Assembly: GCF_036588685.1 (NCBI RefSeq)
Contig: NC_086385.1
Span: 6,634,001 to 6,698,000 of the forward strand
Origin: Mytilus trossulus
Lineage: Eukaryota
Direction: 5' to 3'
DNA length: 64,000 bases
Shown here one piece after another: positions 1 through 11,940 of this stretch; positions within the stretch are counted from its first letter, which is position 1; every line of letters begins with the position of its first letter. The translations under genes were made by a program, and so were the position numbers. The notes under the pieces were generated by a model. The model saw nothing but the letters and a program-made list of their open reading frames with translations. It was not told the origin of the DNA and ran no database searches.

Positions 1-310
1 ACATCATTCAGAGGACTTATTAAAGGTGAAGCAATACGGCAAATAAGAAACACAAGTGACCAGAACAAATTTATAAGCAATCTAAATAATTCGAAAGTGA
101 AATTATTAGATAGGGGTTATAATAACGTGCAAATAGGTGATAGTATTAATGATGCTTTATCAATTGACCGTACGGAATTACCACAACAAAATAAATTGAA
201 AAAAAAACAAAATATTTCCTCAGTGTTAAACTAACTATATTCCGTATTTACGTAAAATAAAGAAACGTATTATGAAACATTGGCTTTCAGTACATTTTAA
301 CAAAGATAAG
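1..310 (+). mobile_element. Penelope-like retroelement fragment (RT thumb/linker), cut by the window edge
   Basis: Frame 1 reads SFRGLIKGEAIRQIRNTSDQNKFISNL..KVKLLDRGY, then PYLRKIKKRIMKHW after a break. This resembles the FxGxIKGEAxR...LxxRGY thumb region of Penelope-like RTs. Confidence 0.7.
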
Positions 311-710
311 AGTGTTGGAGTTATGCTCAGTATATCAAAAGTAAAGACTTTAACATAAAATTGACAGTTTGATCCCTGATGATGGCAGATCTGTCATAAA
401 AACTAGATCTATTGAAGAAGAATTAAAAAATAAATATATTAATATATACATGAATAACTTTTATATTTGATTACATTCAAATAATGCATCTTAAAATGAC
501 CATCCAAAGCTTAACTGCCGAAACACTAAAGTAAATATGGGATGCGTGGTAGCATGGGTGTTTTATTATAACAAAAACCAATATCACAAATTGTAAAAAT
601 GTTACTCATCTTATGTATTTCCGTAATTTTATAAATTACGAAATCCTATAATATAGTTAACATATTATCCGATAAACTAGTATTATAAAGTGTTCATAAT
701 AATGGGTTAC

Positions 711-1358
711 AAAAGAGGATCGAAAGATTGCAGAGGGACAGTCAAACTCATCAATCGAAAATTAACTGACAACGTCATAGCTTAAATTGGAAAAGACAAA
801 CAAACAAACAATAGTACACATGACATAACATAGAAATCTAAATATTGAGCAACACGAACCCAACCAAAAACTAGGAGTGATCCAGGTGCTCCTAAAGGGT
901 AAGCATGTCCTGCTCCACATTTGGCACCCGTCGTGTTGCTTTTGTTATAACAAAACAGGTAAATAGTCTAATTCGGTAGGTCACATTCATCCAAGAGAAG
1001 AGGATCTTAGTTGTGACGTAAAGAACATATCCGATATCATTTATGAAACGGTTATTCCATAAAGGTCAACCAACTCGTGATGGCGTCCTTAAAAATTACG
1101 AAGGGATGATTTCAACTTCACCATTTAGAACTCTTGGTTTATAAGCTTCCTTGTGAGCAGCATCACTCTATCAAGAATATCATGATAGGAAATGCAAGCA
1201 TGCAACATCGTTTCAATTGGGAGATATATACCCCGTATGGAGGTGCGGCTGGAATGTTGCTACTTAGAAATAGAAAGTTCACAATTGGAAAGCTGAATTC
1301 ATCTAAGTCATGATATGAGGCCGACTTACCTGTACATGTATCTGTTGTATCCTTTATC
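711..1358 (-). mobile_element. Penelope-like element, 3' part (end of RT, thumb and 3' tail family A)
   Basis: Minus strand reads IKDTTDT..KSASYHDL/DEFSFPIVNFLFLSSNIPAAPPYGVYISQL, followed by the dispersed tail family (consensus end ...CCCTCTTT). The reading continues from 6669-6917 across an inserted transposon. Confidence 0.85.
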
Positions 1359-1929
1359 TATGAAAGTGCATATGGTACACCCCTTGGAAAGTTATGTTGT
1401 TGCAAATAAGTCGGAATTATTAGTTAAGTTGTGTGTAACAAGCTGGAATGAATCATCATGAGGAATCAACTTGTCGGAATAATGAAGAAAAAGTTGCATT
1501 ACAATGTCGAATTGCTGATATGAATATATTGACATGGTAATAAGAAGTCGACATGTTAAATTCAACTTGTTAATTGATTTAGCCGACAACCTTTTTGATA
1601 ATTAGATAAAACCACGTAACCATTTTGGAAAAACATGATCAATCGATTTTCATATGTCGTTTGTTGAATGTGCATCGGATGAGTGTCGCTATCCTTTGAG
1701 TTAAATTTCAAATTAAAGTTCGAGTTGTTGTTCTGAGTTATTTGGTATAATAAGGGGTAACGGCAGTCAAAGTACAAAAAAGACACTATTTAGGTCATAA
1801 GGGGATATCCCCACACTAGTACGTCTGTTTTCCCTCCCTATAGCTATTTCTCAAATGGAATCAGTATCATAAGTAATTCGTGATGGATTGCACGGAATCT
1901 TCCGTTTCACCTGAAATTGCTGCTGTCAG
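1359..1929 (+). repeat. Left terminal inverted repeat (~570 bp)
   Basis: Reverse-complement match to 6076-6668, from the terminus in to ATTGCTGCTGTCAG; identity decays inward. Confidence 0.9.
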
Positions 1930-2539
1930 TGCATAATTTGTAATATTGACTGTAAAAGGTGAATTTTGCTGTAACATACAAAATTTAGAAAATAGTTATT
2001 TCTTTCTGTAGATGCTTTATCTTGATCTTAAAGATTAACTTCAATACAAGTTTAATAACAATTCATGGAGTTTTACATTTATCAGGACAAACCAGTTTTA
2101 TTAACTGCTATTAAAAAACCTAACCTTGTAAAAAGATAAGAAGATGTGGTATGATAGCCAATTAGACATCTCTCGACCACATTTCAAATCATGGAGAAGT
2201 ATTTAAAACAATTGTTTGTCACTGTATGGTCTTCAACCATAAGCAAAATCCTTACCGCATAGTAAGCTTAAAACATCCCGAAAAGACACTTGTAAAAAAA
2301 ATATAACGAGAAACATACGATCTATTTGACGAAAACGCCGATGCAATTGACGACGACGGAAAAAGGATTGGCTGTGTCTCACTTCCGCGACATTAATGTC
2401 GAAGTCGCGACACAAATCCAATGACTTGTACATTGTTGTCAACAAATGAAACACTTTAATCATTTCATTAATTAACTGTTGATAAAACTGTTTACACATC
2501 TGTTGAACTTTTGAAATACATTTCTACCATGTCTACCTC

Positions 2540-2715
2540 AGGGGTATATTACCTAAGCTGTATTTGGCAAAACTTTTAGGAATTATGATCCTCAATTCTC
2601 TTCAACTTCGTACTTTATTTGGCCCTTTAAACTTTTTAGATTCGAGCGTCACTGATGAGTCTTTAGTAGACGAAACGCGCTTCTGGCGTAAATACAAAAT
2701 TTAATCATGGTATCT
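2540..2715 (+). mobile_element. Retrozyme-like element family 1, partial; hammerhead at 2646-2689
   Basis: GCGTCA-CTGATGA-GTCTttagtAGAC-GAAA-CGCGCT-TC-TGGCGT, with one stem III mismatch relative to the intact copies. Confidence 0.8.
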
Positions 2716-3333
2716 TCACACCAAAGTTACAGGGAAACAACGGATAAAATATGTTCCAATTGTCTTAACCACAATTCTGTCATATTTTCCTCGAAAATGA
2801 ACTACTGCATTATACCAAATCACTTGGTTTGTAATTTCACAATGACACGACAGGTAACTCACGTTGAGCAGGGTCAGCTTACTTTTTCCATTAATACTGA
2901 TGTATTGAGTAAGGCAGCTGCAACTGATTTTTATATGTTTTGTTGTTTATTTAGACAATGCCGATCATACCAACTGAATGATCCCGATTGTCTAAATTTC
3001 CACGACCAAAGGTGACAAAATTCTTGATCGGACCTGTTTACGACTTCTACCCGACTGCTATCCGACTTTCTCTAATTCTTCGTCAATTTATCCCTTTCTG
3101 CACCCATTGTATAAAAAAAAAAAATCAACGTGTGGTTTGTTTGATCTCAGTATTTCATTGGTTAAAATCCGATTATGACGTCGAATTTCCTTGCTTTCCT
3201 CTGAATTCCTATTGTGACGGAATGAAAAAAAGCGATCATGCCTGATGACGTCACATAGAAAGAACACATCTTTTTGATCATTCGAAATGAAGAATAAGTT
3301 TGATTGCATAATATAGAAAATCATTAGAGAAAC

Positions 3334-3495
3334 AGATTGCACCACCAAATCTCGTGTAATACGATATTTATCCACTCTCGACAGTTAAATTTTAAATATT
3401 AAAAACGCTCGGGCAAGTCTCGAGTTTTAAATTTGAAAATGTATCTGTCTCGAGTGGATAAATATCGTATTACACTCGATGCAGTGGTAGAATCT
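3334..3495. repeat. Palindromic (fold-back) MITE-like element
   Basis: Perfect 24-bp arms at 3354-3377 and 3452-3475 (GTGTAATACGATATTTATCCACTC), with further imperfect pairing inward and outward. Confidence 0.8.
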
Positions 3496-3764
3496 ATATA
3501 TATTCGAGTTTAACTCGACCATCTACGACTCCTTGATGATTCCATTACGACTCCAATCCGACCACTAATTGAATACATATTCCATAAATCCGACCAATTT
3601 ACGATCTCTATACGATCTTTTTATTTGACTAGCTAGACCTTATCAACTATGCTCGATACCAGCCTGATCTCTGCCAGAACAAATCTACTCGATCGTATAT
3701 GAGTAGTAGGGATAGTCGGGCATTGAACGGGTATGTACAATTTCAGTATAAAACATCTGATTCT

Positions 3765-4030
3765 TTTTTATATCACCCGCTGCAGCGGAGGAGGCAATAA
3801 GTGATTCCCTTGTCCGTCCGTTAGTACGTATACGTACGTCCCAACAATTAGTTTCCGTTCCCTTATTTTGTTGTGCCTAAACCATTTTTGGAAACGTAAT
3901 ACAATAAAAGACAGATCAAGTGCAAATTTGGGTGGTGTCACTTTTATCGTTCTTGGTAATGACTCTCCATAACGCTATATGCAAGCTGGGCATTATTTGT
4001 TTTAAATGAACAAGTTCCCCATGTATTTGG
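3765..4030. mobile_element. Helentron-associated/pearl-like non-autonomous element (related copy at ~14270-14650)
   Basis: T-run, then a short hairpin, then a GTCC/GTAC microsatellite and a conserved body shared with 14270-14650. Confidence 0.5.
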
Positions 4031-4553
4031 TTAGAATCAGTAGTTCACAGACGCTCTGAGTAAAAATATACATTTAAAATATCTATATGGAAATAAAGCA
4101 GTTGGATTGTTTTGCAATATGGTTAGAGCTCAGGCAGACAGGTTAATAGCTGTGACGGAGCTTGCAGAGAGCGTAGAAGACCAGCAAAAAGAGGTAGACA
4201 GTAAATTAAAGGGTGCCAAGAAATCTAGATGATGCAGTGGCTTACAAATGTGTCACTGCATTAATACTGATGTTAGACATCAATATACATAAATTTTACC
4301 ACCTCCTTTTCCTTGCCTTCTTACAAATTAAGCCCATACTTTGTGTCATACATGTGCATATGTATGCAACCAGTAATTTCCATAGATTTGATACAAAAAT
4401 TAGTTCAAAGGTTCTAGATATTTCGTTTTGGTGTATCCATGGCAACAAACTGCTTGTTTTTATTAATGATATTGCAAAAAGAGGGTAAAGATGTCACATA
4501 TTTCTCCCAAATTTGGCCAAAATTAAAATTTCAATCCACCTTTTTTTTTTAAA

Positions 4554-4586
<33 letters not shown>

Positions 4587-4728
4587 TCACGAATTCAAAT
4601 AAAAATCATTTGTCTTTTGTATCATTTTGTTTTATATAAAACTGTGTCAAAAAGCGTAAAAAAGGTGTTGCTAATATTCGTCCGTACGGTTAAACATAGT
4701 TGTTAATTTCTGTGTCATTTGGTGTCCT

Positions 4729-6008
4729 GGGGCAGGAGGATTTTACAAATAAATAACTCAGACTTGATAATCACAAAAATAAATGGTTTGTTCTGAGGTA
4801 GTTGGAAAATAAATTACCTGACTTGCAATGCATTGAAAATAAATAACTCAGCTGGTCTAATCAAAAGTATGAGATGGCACCAGATTCTTCATAAATTCAT
4901 CTTTTTTCCCAAAAAAAATCGGGAAACACTTCCCATTTTTTTTTAATAATAAAAGTATAAATATGATTCATATATACTTGAAATGTCTGACAATTGGTTT
5001 CATTTAACTTGAGGTATATTGTCTCAGGAAACCTTACCTCAATTTTATTTTAACAGGGCCGTAACTACATTGAGGCAAATGTCTCATATGTAGGAAATTT
5101 CAAAACCAAACGCTTGTCTCCATATCAAATTGTGTTCACAGCGAGTGCCTTGCAAGAAACAAGTTCTGTTTTCCCTCAGACTTAGCCCTGATTTTTCTGA
5201 ATCAATGTTTCTTATTTATTTGTCTTTTGTTCATTAATTGCCCTTCTGTATTTTGTTAGTGTTGCATTCCTTTTGTAATCTAGTAATTTTGTTATGAACT
5301 TGATCATGTAATGAGTTTAAATAAAAACAGCAACCACAGACTTCACTATTTGAATTCTAATTTTGCTATATCATGCACATTGGTCTCTTGATGTTGTCCC
5401 TAGAAACTTTAGTCTTACACCAAATTTATGCATTTTGCTTTGAGACCAAAATATTGTAAAAAAATTATTAAATAAAATTAGCATTTTCAAATTATAACAG
5501 CGAGTCTTCGGAACACCCAGAGAGCATGATTTTGAATCATTTGTTCTATAGCTTATTTGTCCTTCAGTGGCTCAAAAACCCTTAAAAAGAATTTTCATCG
5601 CTCCGCTCGGCGAAATATGTTTGCCAATACTTTTAAAAGAGGCTAGTAACAACCAAACTTTAATACTGCCTATGTATGCAATACATGTATATGCAGTTGG
5701 GAATATAAAAGATTCGTTTCTGCATAGGATGATGATGAATTCTGATTAAATTGTACATACTGGCTTGACTAGACATGTATTATTTATAACAAAACAAATC
5801 ATTTAAAAATTGTATGTTTTCGAATATGATGAATATAGTTGTGAAAATGAATTATCAGTCCCTTATTTAATGAAAATGAAAAATCTTGCTTCAATAGTGC
5901 AGAAAATGAATAATCTGTCCCCTCTTAGTTTACAAAAACAAATAACCGATCAAAAAAATCCTCCTGCCCCCCCCCCCCCCCCCCGAATATCAAATGGTCG
6001 TCCCCTAA
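4729..6008. mobile_element. MITE with G/C-run TIRs; left end truncated
   Basis: GGGGCAGGAGGATTT at 4729 pairs with AAATCCTCCTGCCCC...GAATATCAAATGGTCGTCCCCTAA at ~5955-6008. Periodic AAAT(A/G)AATAA-type subterminal repeats occur at both ends. Confidence 0.6.
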
Positions 6009-6075
6009 GTAAAATTGTTTTGTCCTGATACATTTGTAAATCTCCATGAATTGTTATAAAACAGGTCATTTTACT

Positions 6076-6668
6076 CTGACAGCAGCAATCTCATGCGAGA
6101 AAGAGGGTTCTGTGCAATGAATTCTTCGCGAATTTATTATAAATATATACTGATTCCATTTGAGAACTAAGTGGGAAAAAAGCCGGAATAAGTGTTGTGG
6201 GAATATCTCCCTAATGTCAATATTTTAGTACTTTTTCAGATGTTTGACTGTCGTCCCCCCTTTATATACCAAATAACTTTGAACATCAACTCGAACTTTA
6301 ATTTGAAATTTAACTCAATGGATAGCGACACTCAACCGAAGTTCATCTAAACAAACCACAGATGGAAATCGATTTAAAAATAGACCTTATAGGTTTTTCG
6401 AAAATGGTGGTTTTATCTCATCATGAAGTAAACAAGTTGTCGACTTAATTAATTAACAAATTGAATTTAACATGTCGACTTCTTATTACCATGTCAATAT
6501 ATTCATATCAGCAACTCGACATTGTAATGCAACTTTGTCTTCATCATTCATACAAGTTGATTCATCATGATGATTTCATTCCAGCTTATTAAACACAACT
6601 TAACTAATAATTCCGACTTATTTGCAACAAAATAACTTTCCAAGGGGTGTACCATATGCGCTTCCATA
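6076..6668 (-). repeat. Right terminal inverted repeat (~590 bp)
   Basis: Reverse complement of 1359-1929. Confidence 0.9.
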
Positions 6669-6917
6669 TTTATCTCTAGTTCGATGGGATAGATGCGTCC
6701 AACATAGTCACCAAACTTTTAATTATTTAGTGAAAGAACATCATCTTTATAGTAGAAAAGAAGAGTTAAAGGATGAGCCAACTTCTTATCTTTCTTCCTA
6801 AGAAGTTCCTGTATGAAGTCAGCCTCATATTAATAAAGAAACAAGTCAGCAAGAATTAAGAAGGGCACAATATGTTCCCATTGGACGTCCGACAGCTCGT
6901 TGAAAAACACGTCCTCC
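6669..6917 (-). mobile_element. Penelope-like RT catalytic core, degenerate (5' part of the element at 711-1358)
   Basis: Minus strand reads GGRVFQRAVGRPMGTYCA..LADLFLY*YEADFIQELLRKKDKKLA..YKDDVLSLNN*KFGDYVGRIYPIELEI, covering the G(I)PMG and YxDD motifs. Confidence 0.85.
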
Positions 6918-7856
6918 TATTCCTATTTAATCCTATGTGATCCTATTTGCATCGACTGGTTTTTTTTGTGTTTCTGTGTGTCTTTTTGTGTGTCTTTTCT
7001 TTCATTGATCAACCAAAAGGACCTATAAAGTCTTAAACTAAATCATTTTCGGTTAATATTCATAAAACTACATCAATGAGGGGTAAACTGACAGCCTGAG
7101 GGTGAAAATGGTCAGCAAGCCAATTAAGTCTTATTTAAGTTTAAAATCTATGGATGTAGAGAGAAATGAATAATGTAAAAATGATTAACATGACAGGATG
7201 TATTTATCCTGATAACTAGAGAACAATCTGCCAACTTGTATTGCATTGTTGCCCCTGAAATGTCATATTTTTGTGTTTTTTGGCTGTCATGATGAAACAT
7301 ATAGGAGCTATTTTAAACTGCAAATCGAACAACAAAATATATTAACCCTAACGATTTCTAGAAAGTTGGTTGTCTTGTTAGACATTTATTGCCCCTCCAA
7401 TATATAAATTATCTTCTAATTCAATTTTTTTTGGCATTGTATTGCTCTGTTTTTAAAGCTGAAAAAGGTAGGGTAAATTACAAAATGGTCAGCTCGATTA
7501 TATATGTCTATTGTTAAAATTTCACAACCCTTTTTGGAGTTACTTTTTTCTCAAAACGTTGATTTTCACTTTTTTGCAGTTTTGGCTTTCATCTTATAAA
7601 CAACAAACGTTTGAATGAAGGTTAAACTTCAAAAATGATCAGCAACACACAAAGAAATCTTAGTATGTGTATTTAAAAGTTTTTATTAGCAAACTGTTGA
7701 TTTTGTCACCAAATGAGTTTTACAGGACCAGGTATGCCTCAGGTTAACTACTCTTGTCATGCCTACAATTAAAGTCATGCAACATATTGTATTCTGGTTA
7801 AGGTATTATACATTGTTATACAAGTTTAAATCTAACTAAACCTCCACTACGCAGTT

Positions 7857-8147
7857 AAAGAGGGACAAAAGATACCAGAGGGATAGTTAAACTCATAGAT
7901 TGAAAAAAAAACTGACAACGCCATGGCTAAAAAAAAAAAAACAAAAAAAAAAACAGACAAATAATAGTACACAAGACATAATATTAGATAACTAAAAACT
8001 TAGCAACACGAACCCAACCTAAAACTGGGGGTGATCGCATGTGCTCTGGAAGGGTAAGCAGATCCTGCTCCACATGTGGCACCAGTCGTGTTGCTCATTT
8101 TATTACAAACCAGGTAAATATTCTATTTCGGAATGTCACATTCGTGG
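7857..8147 (-). mobile_element. Penelope-like 3' tail, family A (5'-truncated copy)
   Basis: AAAGAGGGACAAAAGATACCAGAGGG...ACTGACAACGCCATGGCT, shared with copies at 711, 18591, 24121, 24745-24925 and 45791. Confidence 0.8.
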
Positions 8148-8268
8148 TAAAAAGATATTTGATAGGCTAATAAACATTTTGTATTTTGAAAAAAAAGTCT
8201 ATTGAGATTTGAGTTGGTTGTGAAAATGTATTATAAAGACAATTAACTTATATTTTTTTTCTTACTAG

Positions 8269-8717
8269 TTTCATCAGGTGATTTAGATGAGGAGAAAAAA
8301 AGATGGCTGATCGTTGGGATCTGTCTTCATTCAATTATATCTCCTCTGCTAAGAAAGTATGTTGATCCTATTCTTAGTAACTTGTTTAGTTCTCTAGTAG
8401 CCAGCGACTTCATTGATACACAGGGATACAATAGATATTTAAAGAAATATCCAGCAACAAATCGATATTTTCTTAATTATGAATCAATAAACAACAACAG
8501 GAGCGTACCAAAGAAGAAGATCAACAACAAATGGATAAATGATTACCAAGCATATGATTACAAAGTGACGAGCCATGTCGATTTATCAAAGTTGTTCCTA
8601 CAGCCAAGTATGGCTCATTACACCGCAATTGATGAGTCATGTGACTCGTCTGCTCTGCTTGGTATGGTCGTCAACATCAGTTCATTTCAATTAGCTGTGC
8701 AATTTGATGCAGAAAAG
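8269..8717 (+). CDS. Gene 1 exon: N-terminal part of a HEPN-type domain
   Basis: Polypyrimidine/TAG acceptor and AAG|GTATAC donor. Open frame SSGDLDEEKKRWLIVGICLHSIISPLLRKYV...SHVDLSKLFLQPSMAHY...CDSSALLG...DAEK. Confidence 0.85.
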
Positions 8718-9451
8718 GTATACATTTTCAAGACAGGTTTAACATTTAGTATCTGCATTTGAATTATAAGGCTTCCGGAAAACGTTTCAAGGAGCATCTC
8801 TATATAACTAATAATAGAAATGTTGAAAGTACAGAAATGAAATAAAATTGTCTAATTTTGTGGTATTTAGTTTTTAGAGTAAGAATATTTTGAATAAAGA
8901 CCGTGTCATTTTTAGTATTTTGAATTCTGATAACTTAGTTTTAAATTATTGTATTTTACAGGCAAAGTATTACATTAATTGTGTAAAGAACACACAATTA
9001 AACAGACTGTTAATATCTGTACAAGCTTTCCTTACATTTTTAATATTATTTCTAAAGAAAAACACGAGTCATTTGTCGACAGATGGGGTGAATTTATGGA
9101 AGTTATTTAATTAAATTTGTTTTTAATATGATTATATATTTAATGAATTCATTCGCATAATAAAAATAGTAAAACAATACCATAATCTTGATTAATGTCA
9201 TGTCACTTACGTCCTGTAAAAATGTATGTATGCACTAGTTTGACACTAAAACATAAATTAAATTAATAAAGATGTTCGTGTTATAAACAAGCAAAACTAT
9301 ATCGATATGTTAATGAATTGAGCAAACGGAATTAAAATTTGCAAATTGAATTTAGCTTCATTGAAACTGTTCTGTGGGTCTTTGAAAACGGAATTTTGCC
9401 TGTCAATATTCACGTAATGGACTAAATATATCTCTTTTAATAATTATTCAG

Positions 9452-9620
9452 ATACGATCAGACATACGTAATCCATGGGCACATTGTGACTTCACAGAAT
9501 GGACGACAGCAAAATATACAGATTCCTTCCAGCTGATGGAACAACTTGTTAAGGACCTTGGTCTTTATAACAGAGAGGAGAACAGAGTTTTAGGAGCACT
9601 GAACACTTGGGCAACAAATG
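9452..9620 (+). CDS. Gene 1 exon carrying the HEPN catalytic motif RNPWAH (9467-9484)
   Basis: TTCAG| acceptor and G|GTAAC donor. Reads IRSDIRNPWAHCDFTEWTTAKYTDSFQLMEQLVKDL..., an R-N-x3-H motif. Confidence 0.85.
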
Positions 9621-10934
9621 GTAACATTAATATATAAGTTATGAATAATGAAAGATATATTGCTTTAACCCAATCAACTACTGTATAAAATATAATTTTG
9701 CGATGTTACACACAAATGACACAAAATATGTGAATGACACACCATGCATGTATTGTTGTGACTCTTATCAGAAATAACAACATATATATATTGTTGTGAA
9801 CAAAGTCACAGATGTCATAAAATAATATTTTTTTTTAACTGAATCAAATATGACTTAAAATTAACTGTGCTGTCATAAGAGAATAAGAAGTTTAGCGCTA
9901 TAAAAATTGTTTTTATCCACCATTTTGTACATAAGAAAATGCCCGTAGCAAGTCAGGACTATGACAGTTGTTGTCCATTTGTTTGATGTGTTTGTGCTTT
10001 TGATTTTACCATTTGATTAGGGACTGTCCGTCTTAATTTTTCTCGGAGTTCAGTACTTTTGCGATTAAATTTTTTGCCTGAAATGCAGTCATATATACAC
10101 TTATAGGCATAGATGTCATCAAATCTATTGTATATGACTAAAATAACCGATTTTATAAAATATATATATTATCATCTGAATTCAATATAACCCAAAAGCT
10201 GATACTACCTTGACTATATTAACAAATGACACAACATACATGATATCTACAGCGGCTTCAAGCATTTATCAGACGAATTGTGCACATTCTGCTACAAGCA
10301 TAAATTTGGCATTGAGCGTCTTCAAACAACTACTCTTTTAAATCAGGTAGGGAGGCATTTAAAAAAAATATGTCTCACATCTGGTAAAATCCAAAATGGC
10401 GAACATGATAATTTAATCAGCCCAATATCGAACGCTAGATTAATGTGGAAAGGTGCTATTATCATGCTACTATCATGCTACTATCATAATATTTGGTACA
10501 CATTTAAACCTTTGTTATGTACTACTTTTGGGTATATTATATAGATAAGATATCTTCAAAAACCCTACTTTCGGTAAAGTCGAATATTGCATACATTGTA
10601 CTGTGAATTCATTTTTTTTATGGGTATATATATTTTCGTGGATTGAGTTAAACTTGCATTTTCGTGGATATTTAAATTCGTGATTTTAGAAAAGTTTGCA
10701 TTCACGCCTTTAGAAAAGTTGTAATTCGTTGAATACTTTAATTCGTAGTTCCCCTGTATTCACGAAATTTACAAAAAAAATCGGTATCCAACGAATATTA
10801 ATGACTCCACAGTAAGCGTATTTGTTAGGTAGGGTAATTGAAATGTGTTTTAACGTATTGCTACTATCATTATATTGTGCAGGAACCTTTATTTGATATT
10901 CTGGTGGATACAATGTATAGGAAATAATGATGTT

Positions 10935-11590
10935 ACCCTCGGGGACTGAAGGTCCACCAGCAGAGGTATCGACCCAATGATGTAAAAAAATTAAAACAAC
11001 GCGTTTGATAATTTCTTGCGTCCGACGCGCTTTATCTGGATTTAACTTTATCCAGAACGCTCAAAACCAGATTTGAAATTCGAAGATGTATAAGTACCAA
11101 AACCGTTGAAGAGCTAGACGTCAAAAATAGCAAAAATAAATAGCTAAACTCATCAAAAGCCAACTTTGCCTGAGGGAGTTGAAACTTTATTTTCTTAATA
11201 AATTAAAAATTTATAAACGGACAATTCTATTAAAGTCAGTTAAATCATGTCACTACCGAAGTACTGACTACTGAGCTGATGATACACACGGGGACTGATA
11301 GTCCACCAGCAGAGGTACATTTTTTTTCGACCCAGTGATGTTTAAAATTGTAAACAACACGTTCAATAATTTCTTGCGTCCGAAGCACTTTTCTGGATTT
11401 ACTTTAATCAGGAACGCTCAAAGCCAAACATGTGAAATCCGAAGATGAATAAGTACCGAAACCGTTTAAGATCTATATGTCAAAATACTAAAAATAAACA
11501 GCTAAATTCATCCAAAGCCAACTTTGCCTAAGGTAGTTAAAACCTTAGTTCCTTGATAGTCCACCAGCAGAGGTGTCGACCCGGTGATGT
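10935..11590 (-). mobile_element. Head-to-tail array of ~350-nt retrozyme-like units, family 2 (degenerate hammerheads at 11018-11060 and 11376-11417)
   Basis: GTCCACCAGCAGAGG recurs at 10952, 11301 and 11559. Minus strand of the second unit reads GCGTTC-CTGATTA-AAGTAAATCCA-GAAA-AGTGCT-TC-GGACGC. Confidence 0.75.
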
Positions 11591-11940
11591 ACAAGATGAT
11601 CAGGCCTTACAAAGAGTTTTTTAAAGGGTTCCTATGGATCTTATATGTCCCTTCGCCATCTATTAGCGCCTGAACTGAATAGCATAATAGCCAGTTTCAC
11701 GTTCGTCCTCCTAGATTCAATACTTGTGGCAAGATGTGCACAATTTTTCTCGCAGCCGCCGTACTATATTGATGTGTCCAATATCACATACAACACATTA
11801 ATGCATACCAGATATATTTCAATGACAGAAAATGACAACACATAATTTGCTGCTATGTTTGGCTACAACACACATGAGAAGTAATCCCTGAATCTTTAAA
11901 AGCCTTACCCGAATAATAAATATAATATTCTTGTTTACAG

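Larger units (their letters stand above)
1359..6668. mobile_element. Long-TIR DNA transposon with 6-bp TSD (IS3EU-like), apparently non-autonomous
   Basis: Ends TATGAAAGTGCATATGGTACACCCC and GGGGTGTACCATATGCGCTTCCATA are inverted repeats. TTTATC is duplicated at 1353-1358 and 6669-6674. Removing the insert restores the Penelope-like RT peptide ELEIKDT. No transposase ORF was seen. Confidence 0.85.

Noticed and set aside
4561-4587. (TA)n microsatellite (another at ~49198-49218) and C-runs at 5967-5984 and 57226-57243
   Set aside because: Ordinary simple repeats or parts of MITE termini.
1359-6668. Polinton/Maverick
   Set aside because: The 6-bp TSD and long TIRs fit, but the ends are TATG..CATA rather than AG..CT, and no polymerase, integrase or capsid remnants were seen.
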